The notes under the pieces were generated by a model. The model was not told the DNA's origin. It searched no databases and was given only the letters and a program-made list of their open reading frames with translations. From positions 22,728 through 86,727 of IMG/VR virus record IMGVR_UViG_3300035663_000005: a stretch of DNA of 64,000 nucleotides; one strand, written 5' to 3'. Each line of letters starts with the position of its first letter. The first letter of the stretch is position 1. Below, one piece after another: positions 56,987 through 64,000 of this stretch. A program made the position numbers and the translations under genes. This DNA comes from a virus (Duplodnaviria > Caudoviricetes).

Positions 56987-58264
56987 TCAGAACGGGCACT
57001 TGGTGCTAGGCGTGTTCGCAGCGGTGGCTTCCTGCGGAGCCCGACCGAGCGTATCGGTCTTCGGAGCGTTCGCAGGATCAATCTTCTGGAACAGAGACAG
57101 CATCGCCTCGCGGGTGATCTCGTCGTAGATGTTGATGCCGAGTTCCACCGCAAGGGTGCGCTCCCCGAGAATGCCGAGATTCTGAGCGATCTGCACCAAC
57201 CGTCGCGTGGTCATGGTTTCGTCCAGGCCGCCCTCGCGGTTCGTCTTGCGAATCATGCCCGCCCAATCCACGAGCAGCCCCGCGAATTCCGCGTCCTCCA
57301 CACCTGCTGCGATCATCGCCTTGTTCAGAATCTTCTTCTCCACGGCCGGCGACGGGTAATCCGCCACGAAGCACATGCCTGAGAGACGATCACGGAATGC
57401 CACATTCAAGGGATTCGCACCCACGAAGCGACCCGTATCATCGCCGTTGCCCTTGGTGTTCGCGGTTGCTCCCACATTGAAGCCAGCAGCAGGCTTCACC
57501 CACTGATTGATCTTCTTAAGGAACACCGGCTTGCCGTTGAGAACCTGCTGAAGGCACATCACCTTGCTCGTGGCCTGGTCGATCTCGTCGAGCACCAGGA
57601 AGCCGCCACGCATCATGGCGAGCGTGACAGGGCCGTAGATGAACTTGGTTTCCCCGTTCACCAACCGGAAGCCGCCGAGCAGATCGTCTTCGGTGGTTTC
57701 CGTGGTAATCTGCACCTCAAAGTATTCGCGCTTCAGATCCGCACAGGCCTGCTGATACGCATAGGTCTTGCCACAGCCCGAGGGACCAACCACATACGAG
57801 GGAGCCCATCGGGTCGAGCCGATGATACGCTTCACCGTATCGTAGTGGCCGTAAGCCACGAAGAGAGCATCCTTTTCAGGAATCGCGTTACCGCACTCTG
57901 CAATCGCGGCGAGCGAGAGAGTGGAGTCCACGAGAGGAGAACCCGTCGAAGCCGCCGTAGCGACCACCGGTGCGGCAGACTTGACGGGAGTGTTCAGGGT
58001 AGCCGTAGCCGCAGGACGCGACTTCGGCATCGCACTAGCGGAAGCCAGCGCAATCTTGTCGGCGGGAATGCGATACTTGCCGCGACCCGCACGGTATTCT
58101 GGATTGTTGGTGAGCCACGCCGGATTCGCCAGACCCGCCTTGCGAGCGGCATGCAGAACCTGTTCGCGGGTCACAACGGGCGAGCCGTTCGTGAGAGCGA
58201 GAGCGGCGTGAATGAAAGCGACCTGAGCGGTCGCACGATTGCCAAGGGTAGAAACGGTGGTCAT
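56987..58264 (-). CDS. cobS: CobS/MoxR-like AAA+ ATPase
   Basis: GPSGCGKT, EDDLLGG, LDEID, ATANTKG.G, AF.DR, TRRL. Confidence 0.9.
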   Translation of the reverse strand: MTTVSTLGNRATAQVAFIHAALALTNGSPVVTREQVLHAARKAGLANPAWLTNNPEYRAGRGKYRIPADKIALASASAMPKSRPAATATLNTPVKSAAPVVATAASTGSPLVDSTLSLAAIAECGNAIPEKDALFVAYGHYDTVKRIIGSTRWAPSYVVGPSGCGKTYAYQQACADLKREYFEVQITTETTEDDLLGGFRLVNGETKFIYGPVTLAMMRGGFLVLDEIDQATSKVMCLQQVLNGKPVFLKKINQWVKPAAGFNVGATANTKGNGDDTGRFVGANPLNVAFRDRLSGMCFVADYPSPAVEKKILNKAMIAAGVEDAEFAGLLVDWAGMIRKTNREGGLDETMTTRRLVQIAQNLGILGERTLAVELGINIYDEITREAMLSLFQKIDPANAPKTDTLGRAPQEATAANTPSTKCPF

Positions 58265-58271
58265 ATCCTTA

Positions 58272-58300
58272 ATTATAACCTAGAATCGGGGCCGATGCAA
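58272..58300 (-). promoter_or_regulatory. sigma70 early promoter, likely leaderless
   Basis: TTGCAT-N17-TATAAT, 7 nt before ATG. Confidence 0.8.
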
Positions 58301-58542
58301 GAGGGTTGGACGGAAATCGGGAAAGATTTTTATTATCGGACATCGGTTTTCCGCTGAAAAACGGGGGGTGCGTCCGATAATATTTGCGATGAATAAAGTT
58401 GAATAGTTATGCAAAAATATTCAGCGGTGAATTTAAAAAGACGCGATACACCGACCGCTAAGGTGAACACGAAAACACTCATTCCCCGCCGGTCCGCAAG
58501 TGGGGGGAAGTGGGGGATTGTGTAGTTATGTGTGATTAAAAT

Positions 58543-58572
58543 AAAAAATCCTCCTGATATCGCTCAGGAGGA
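58543..58572 (-). terminator. Intrinsic terminator after putative ncRNA
   Basis: TCCTCCTGA/TCAGGAGGA stem plus U-tract. Confidence 0.75.
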
Positions 58573-58575
58573 AAG

Positions 58576-58729
58576 CGGAAGCCGTTCGGGATAGGAGGCT
58601 TCAAACCCAGACCCGTTGACTCTTACACGGTGACAACGCAGATCGTTAGGGCTCCGGAACCCGGGAATACGATCACCCTTATCAGGGAAAGCGAGGATAA
58701 GGTGAACCTGTCTCGCTTGGCAACTTCCG
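58576..58729 (-). ncRNA. Putative ~155-nt structured ncRNA
   Basis: Closing stem CGGAAGTTG/CGGCTTCCG, internal pseudoknot, terminator immediately downstream. Confidence 0.5.
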
Positions 58730-58747
58730 TTGCACGAACCCTGTTAA

Positions 58748-59149
58748 TCAAGTCTCTCCCATCCAATCTCGGGCTGGCGGAAGATCAGGAGTTGGTGGCG
58801 TGGGAGATAACGGTTCCCATCCCTCGTTCACAAGATTCTCCCATACTTTTCTAGCCACCCGAATTCGCAGGGTGGTGGTGTGCCCGTATCCCAACTCCTG
58901 CTCACCCAAGGTGTCGAAAATTTTTAATTTCACACCGAGGGCAGCCCGATTTTCAAGTTCCACCCATATATGATCCTCTCCCTGAGGCTCCACAAACGAG
59001 GGAGGAGGAAAAGGAAAAGGAGGAGGCAAGGCAGGCGGCACTCGAAAGCATAGGCGAGAACCATCACCGCCGCGTTGCGGATTTCTCCATAAGGTGTATA
59101 TCTGTGAAGACTTCACGGGAACAAGTATACCACAACTTGTAGCAAACAC
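58748..59149 (-). CDS. DUF1651-like protein
   Basis: ARKVWENLVNEGW; start uncertain. Confidence 0.5.
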   Translation of the reverse strand: MFATSCGILVPVKSSQIYTLWRNPQRGGDGSRLCFRVPPALPPPFPFPPPSFVEPQGEDHIWVELENRAALGVKLKIFDTLGEQELGYGHTTTLRIRVARKVWENLVNEGWEPLSPTPPTPDLPPARDWMGET

Positions 59150-59167
59150 AAGAAAAAAATAAATCTT

Positions 59168-59782
59168 TTACTGAATTTCCGCTCCAACATTAACATCCTG
59201 CACACAATTCAACACACACTCTTGATATTGATTTCTAGCCGTGTTAAAGCAGTCATTCATATATTTAAAAATTTTATCTTTGAATTCTGTATCGCATTCG
59301 CATCCGTTAGGAGGGCAATTTCCTCCTATATCTTTAGCACACATTCCGCAAGGGCCTATGCAGGCAGCAAAATCTCGTTTCCAAGCGTCGTTACAAGCGG
59401 TAGGCTTTATTGGACTTGTTCGGTTTCTGAAATATCGCAGAAATTCATTTTCTCTGCAAATGGTATAGTTATCGGCAGCGATCTGTAAACAACCCTGAAC
59501 CTCAGAAAATCTATCCGATATGCCGGTATTAAGGCATCCACTTCTTTCTAAAAATCCTTCCCAAGCCTCATCATCGCCGCCCACAGTTTGTTGCACTCCT
59601 CTTCGATAACAAGTAGCAAAAAGTCCTTGCCATCTTTTAAAACATCCTTCTTGGCATGTATCCAGTATTGAAGGAATTAGTCCTCTAGCATTAGGTGTAA
59701 CTTTTGAAAGCAAGTATTGATATTTGTCAAACGCATACTCTGGTTCTTCGTTCGAGAATTCTTGTGAAAAATTTGAATTCAT
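59168..59782 (-). CDS. Cys-rich helical protein
   Basis: Many spaced Cys pairs. Confidence 0.65.
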   Translation of the reverse strand: MNSNFSQEFSNEEPEYAFDKYQYLLSKVTPNARGLIPSILDTCQEGCFKRWQGLFATCYRRGVQQTVGGDDEAWEGFLERSGCLNTGISDRFSEVQGCLQIAADNYTICRENEFLRYFRNRTSPIKPTACNDAWKRDFAACIGPCGMCAKDIGGNCPPNGCECDTEFKDKIFKYMNDCFNTARNQYQECVLNCVQDVNVGAEIQ

Positions 59783-59916
59783 TTGAGTTCTTTTCCTTTT
59801 AAGTTAAACGCAAATTTCCAAGCAAAATATCCAACCGTGAAAACCACAACACACACAGAAATACTAGTTAAAACATACATGTTTAATTTTTTAATTTTAA
59901 AAAGTTGGTTGAGTCA

Positions 59917-61029
59917 CTATTCGCCCGCGCCACCTGACGGGTTTGGTTGAGGTTTTGCAGGATTTCCTGGATTATTAGGTTGTGTTGGACTAACAGGTAA
60001 GGGAGGAAGTGCTTCTCCGAAAGGCGGATTTCGGAGTTTGTCTAGTAATTCTCTCAAGAAGTTGGGATTTGTTTGCAACATTCCATCAATCCATCGTTTA
60101 ATTGCTTCCGCTCCACGATGGTAGTATCCGATTCTACCAAGAGCATCAAATATTATTCTTTTTAATACATCGTTACTTTGTTCATAGAGAAGAGCAATAA
60201 AGCATCTTTTTGGTTGCGGTGAGTTCATGCAGGCTCTTACTCTAGCCTCGTTTAATCCCGACTGTATAAAAATTGATATAGGAATCAGAATTTGATCTGC
60301 TGCATCAAGACTCTTCTTCAAATCTTGAAGTATAAGTTCTAAAATTTTAGTTAAACATCCAACCCAACCTGAATCGTATGGAATAGCACTCTTTCCTGGT
60401 GGCGGTGGAGGGGGTCTATAATTGGGCCCGCAGCGATACGCATGAAGTAAACAGTCTGGACATTTTAACTCTCCGCTTTGCGGAAATGGTGGTGCTGTAG
60501 GGCTAGGAGGATTTGGCCATTTACTACCGCTTGGAGGCATTGAGCAATCAAGCATCACTTTATCGGGGTCGATGGGCCTTGACCAAACTTTTTTCATCTC
60601 TTCACATAACGATTTTAGCATCTCTTCATCAGTAAGCGGCTTCGGAACAACAAATTCTGTAATTGTATTTTTCCTTGAAGATGCTTCTGCCAAATCCAAC
60701 ATTATGTCTTTCGGAACTATTGGATCCACATAATATTGACTTCTTGTGGTAGGAATATACTTAATAATTGCTGTGCCTCTTAAAATTTCATCCTCGGTCA
60801 TAGCAATCGTTTGGCTGATGGGAGCCATACACCGCTCTAATTCTTCTTGAGTCTTTTTTGCTCTATCAAGTATATCCTTACAATTTTTATCATCTGCGGG
60901 TTTTTTTAAGCAGCACAAGCATATTTCAGGATTTGATGGCTCACAACAATTATACACATACAACAAGTTTTTAACTTGTCTGCGTAACGGCTCACAGTCG
61001 TTTTGACGAAGAGAAAAAAATGAGGGCAT
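59917..61029 (-). CDS. Cys/Pro-rich protein
   Basis: NCCE..CLCCL, CPDC, polyproline tracts; TAAATA upstream. Confidence 0.65.
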   Translation of the reverse strand: MPSFFSLRQNDCEPLRRQVKNLLYVYNCCEPSNPEICLCCLKKPADDKNCKDILDRAKKTQEELERCMAPISQTIAMTEDEILRGTAIIKYIPTTRSQYYVDPIVPKDIMLDLAEASSRKNTITEFVVPKPLTDEEMLKSLCEEMKKVWSRPIDPDKVMLDCSMPPSGSKWPNPPSPTAPPFPQSGELKCPDCLLHAYRCGPNYRPPPPPPGKSAIPYDSGWVGCLTKILELILQDLKKSLDAADQILIPISIFIQSGLNEARVRACMNSPQPKRCFIALLYEQSNDVLKRIIFDALGRIGYYHRGAEAIKRWIDGMLQTNPNFLRELLDKLRNPPFGEALPPLPVSPTQPNNPGNPAKPQPNPSGGAGE

Positions 61030-61079
61030 ATAAGAATTCCTAAAAATACATTTGTATTTAGGTATTTAATGCTTTTAAA

Positions 61080-61682
61080 CTATTCTGTTGTGTTTACAGC
61101 ATTGATGAATTGCTCTTGTAGTACAGGAGTTTGTTTAACAATATAAAATATCACTCCTGTTTCAGGTTCATCAATCGTTGTCAGTTTTTCTGTTTCATAC
61201 ACCGCATATCCGTTCTCATGTATTTCAGACTTAAATCTTTTTAAAGCAGAACGATATAAGTTTATTCTAGAAGGTTTCCCTGAATTTTTACGATAATATG
61301 CGTGAAATAAAATCACATCCGGACTAGCAATTTCTTTAAAACTTCTAAACACAACCACCATAGTTGCTAAAATTTTAGAAACCATGTGCTTTACCTGAAG
61401 TTTTGGGGGCGAAACATTTAAATCTCTATAGTGTTTTTCGTAAGATTCAAGCAGAGCAGGAGAATATGTTTCTGTTTCCGATTTAATCATTTCCCATTCT
61501 CCATCTATAAAATAAGAAATTAAATATTCGGAATATCGAAGTTCATTTTCATTTTTTACGGCAACACATCGAAATTTTCTTTTTCTGTTTGTTTCCGTTT
61601 CTAAAAATTTTGCTCTCCACTCGATTTGAGATAAATCGCTATCAGCAACAACACTCAAATTTTCAAACGGAGAATTAAACAT
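61080..61682 (-). CDS. Hypothetical protein, same family as 49591..50316
   Basis: KILATM....F.....PD.I.F...SRINLY. Confidence 0.55.
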   Translation of the reverse strand: MFNSPFENLSVVADSDLSQIEWRAKFLETETNRKRKFRCVAVKNENELRYSEYLISYFIDGEWEMIKSETETYSPALLESYEKHYRDLNVSPPKLQVKHMVSKILATMVVVFRSFKEIASPDVILFHAYYRKNSGKPSRINLYRSALKRFKSEIHENGYAVYETEKLTTIDEPETGVIFYIVKQTPVLQEQFINAVNTTE

Positions 61683-61753
61683 TTTAATTTTCTTACAATT
61701 TTTAGTTGCTAATAAGTTTGAAAAGGGTTTTCATGTTCCATGCCCACGGAACT

Positions 61754-62227
61754 TTAAATGAGTGGTTTGTTGTTTTTATTTGACTTTTCCCAAAGTTTCC
61801 AAACCATCTCCGGATTTTTTTGCACTTGAAGTTTTACATGAGTTTCCATTTGCTTTAGCCAGTCTTCACTCGGAGCATCCGAAAATTGAATTCCCTCATT
61901 TTCCATCCATTCTCCTCCTGTAGAATCCAAAGTTTTCCATCTACTTCTTTCAGGATTATTCGGATCAAGAAAACTACTAGCCCTAAGAATAGAAAACCTG
62001 GTTGCCTGATAAAGGTTCTGCACACCGTCACAAAAATCTGAGTAATCCAAAAAACTTACAAATTCAAATGAGTCTAATGGTAAAATCAAATCTGTGTAGT
62101 CTACTGGAATTTCATCAATATAATAAACTTTACAGACCTTCATCTTTTGATTTTCTAGAAAAATTTCAACATTCCAGTCATCCAAAATTATTCGACAATT
62201 GTGAGTCACTTTATTTGCATTGCTCAT
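61754..62227 (-). CDS. Hypothetical protein
   Basis: 157-aa ORF with RBS AAGGA. Confidence 0.55.
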   Translation of the reverse strand: MSNANKVTHNCRIILDDWNVEIFLENQKMKVCKVYYIDEIPVDYTDLILPLDSFEFVSFLDYSDFCDGVQNLYQATRFSILRASSFLDPNNPERSRWKTLDSTGGEWMENEGIQFSDAPSEDWLKQMETHVKLQVQKNPEMVWKLWEKSNKNNKPLI

Positions 62228-62235
62228 GTTATTCC

Positions 62236-62634
62236 TTAATTGCTAATAAGTTTAAAAAGATTTTTCATCGTCCAAGCCCACGGAACCTTGAATGTATGAT
62301 TTTGAGTTCGAGCAAACAAAGAAAGAATATCTTGTGCTCCAACAGGATTTGCAGAATGCACAACAAGAAGAGTGGAGTCTAAAACACCACCATCATCAAT
62401 TTGCTGACGAACCGCTCGGGCAAATGGCAGCGAAGTGGCATACTCACCACCAGGCCCCTCACCCAAATCGTGATCGAAGCAAATCACATCATAATGATTG
62501 TTCATTAGCAAATCAAAAGCCTCTGCACAAGTATAGGCAGAGTCTACCCGACAATCTGAATTGTTTCGAATGAATGCGGCGTGACGATCAACATCGTCAT
62601 CAAGAACCAACACAATAATAGGGTGTGTATCCAT
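62236..62634 (-). CDS. Cyclic-phosphate-processing receiver-like domain protein
   Basis: LDDD..R, FDHDLG, VHSANPVG. Confidence 0.75.
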   Translation of the reverse strand: MDTHPIIVLVLDDDVDRHAAFIRNNSDCRVDSAYTCAEAFDLLMNNHYDVICFDHDLGEGPGGEYATSLPFARAVRQQIDDGGVLDSTLLVVHSANPVGAQDILSLFARTQNHTFKVPWAWTMKNLFKLISN

Positions 62635-62720
62635 ATCAAAATTATATCACATTTCCTAAAAAAGTCAACTCATTTCACAAAAATTAAAATAAATAGTATT
62701 AGACATACAGGAGGTTTTGT

Positions 62721-62801
62721 ATGCGTAAATTTCAAAAAATATTGGTTTGTGCTTGTTCTTTTTTAATTGGCGTAGTTATAGCCAGACTTTTGGGATTTTA
62801 A
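62721..62801 (+). CDS. 26-aa hydrophobic peptide
   Basis: AGGAGG RBS; MRKFQKILVCACSFLIGVVIARLLGF. Confidence 0.45.
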   Translation: MRKFQKILVCACSFLIGVVIARLLGF

Positions 62802-62808
62802 ATTAAAA

Positions 62809-63504
62809 TTACATCGGCGTAAACCAAAGACCATCTCTTTCACTTGGTGTTCTTCCAGGATTTAAAATATCTGAGGGAGATCGTCTTATGGGAGGTGGAG
62901 GAGCAATTACTGGAGGTAAAGGAGGGGTTCCTCCATTTTGTATGCAAGCATCGTAGGCTTTCTTTCTCATATCACAGCAAGTGCATACCTTATTTGGATT
63001 ACCAGTACCACATATTGCTCCTGTAGCCCTACAGTATTCAGTATTAGCATCTTCCACTTCTTTTTCGTATTGCTTTCTACCCGTTTCTACTATGTTATGA
63101 TATAAGTCGCCACATTCTGTACAAGCAGCAACTTGCAAGGGATGCGATTGTCCTCCGCAACCTTTTGATTTGTAAATACAATTAGGCCATGTACTAGAAT
63201 CATCTGCACAAGCATCTTGCTGACACATCTGCCCGCCTGCTCCAGGAGCATAGTAAAACCCGTTTCTATCTTGAACGCATAGAGGTTTGTCTTGACATGC
63301 TAATCTAGCCTCAATTGCTTTTTGCATCACACCAGGAACTAAAACTGTACTGTTGTTTGAAGGTGGAGGAGGCGCATATTTTCCAAACATTTTTTCGTGA
63401 GCGATTCGTATTCTATCATCTCTTTTTTTCGCAGCAGCGTTAACACAATTTGTGTAAATTGAGTCTGCGTATTGGTCACATGTTAGTAAAGTTGGCGTTG
63501 CCAT
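62809..63504 (-). CDS. Cys-rich protein
   Basis: Many Cys, Pro-rich tail; CATAAATA upstream. Confidence 0.65.
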   Translation of the reverse strand: MATPTLLTCDQYADSIYTNCVNAAAKKRDDRIRIAHEKMFGKYAPPPPSNNSTVLVPGVMQKAIEARLACQDKPLCVQDRNGFYYAPGAGGQMCQQDACADDSSTWPNCIYKSKGCGGQSHPLQVAACTECGDLYHNIVETGRKQYEKEVEDANTEYCRATGAICGTGNPNKVCTCCDMRKKAYDACIQNGGTPPLPPVIAPPPPIRRSPSDILNPGRTPSERDGLWFTPM

Positions 63505-63535
63505 ATGATTGTTCCCTTTAAATATTTATGAAAAA

Positions 63536-64000
63536 TTAAACTCCAATTCCGCCGCCACTACTTATAACGCCGTCTATAACACCAGGCAAAGAACGAAGAG
63601 CAAGACCAAATACTTCTACAATATCTCCGAAATTACAAGGAGAAAGTTCGGGTTCGGGATGCCAACCACAAGCACACCTGTGAGAGTGTACATAAAGACC
63701 ATACGGAGTCATAACTTGACAGTCAGTAGAAGTAGTAGAAGTACAACTCGGGCCGCAAGTTATCCAAGTATTCACGATGTATGATGATGGGGGCTCCACA
63801 TCTCCGTTAACTAAACCACATTTTGTGCAATCAGGCCCTGGCGTACTTCCTCCAAATCCTATTCTTGGTGGACAATTAGATTTCCACCCGTTCACTCCAG
63901 GCGTTGGTTCATTATTCATATTCATGTAATTTGAATTTATATTATCGTAATAAGTTGGAATGTACTTGTTGCCCATCAATAGAGTTAAACCAACTCCTTG
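63536..64000 (-). CDS. Cys-rich domain protein (5' end outside window), paralog of 35481 C-domain
   Basis: Frame open to window edge: QGVGLTLLMGNKYIPTYYD..CPPR..H.CACGW..SPC. Confidence 0.75.
   Translation of the reverse strand, partial: QGVGLTLLMGNKYIPTYYDNINSNYMNMNNEPTPGVNGWKSNCPPRIGFGGSTPGPDCTKCGLVNGDVEPPSSYIVNTWITCGPSCTSTTSTDCQVMTPYGLYVHSHRCACGWHPEPELSPCNFGDIVEVFGLALRSLPGVIDGVISSGGGIGV

Noticed and set aside
52072-58264. Cobalamin biosynthesis auxiliary genes
   Set aside because: CobS/CobT-like MoxR-VWA pairs are common in T4-like phages; no cobN or other cob genes are present

Overview
A 64-kb segment of a large T4-like (gp43/uvsX/gp44/gp45/gp62/regA) bacteriophage genome, almost all on the minus strand. 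Left to right: (1) a ~10-kb sugar biosynthesis/glycosyltransferase island (two fungal-type GT15 mannosyltransferases, FkbM methyltransferases, split transketolase, RmlB, RfbH/DdhC, three GT2s); (2) the replication core, interrupted by a putative DNA-modification block (dUTPase, Nmad1, Mom-like, SpeD-like, N4C/N6A MTase); (3) a cluster of 17 tRNAs, including Ser(ACT) and a short-arm Leu(TAA), plus guaC, gmd and a tRNA-like structured RNA; (4) envelope genes (beta-barrel OMP, holin-like, lipoprotein); (5) an ~8-kb operon of proteins with T4-type capsid-targeting leaders, four of them paralogous R-S-ExE ADP-ribosyltransferases, read here as a modular array of virion-injected effectors and the best candidate for an undescribed system; (6) a GC-rich early region with CobT-like VWA and CobS-like AAA genes, leaderless sigma70 promoters and a repeated TTATCGGAC motif; (7) a dispersed family of Cys-rich orphan proteins, one flanked by a 122-bp direct repeat. 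AGCT appears to be avoided throughout, even in tRNA D-arms. All calls come from reading motifs by eye; no database searches or folding programs were run.
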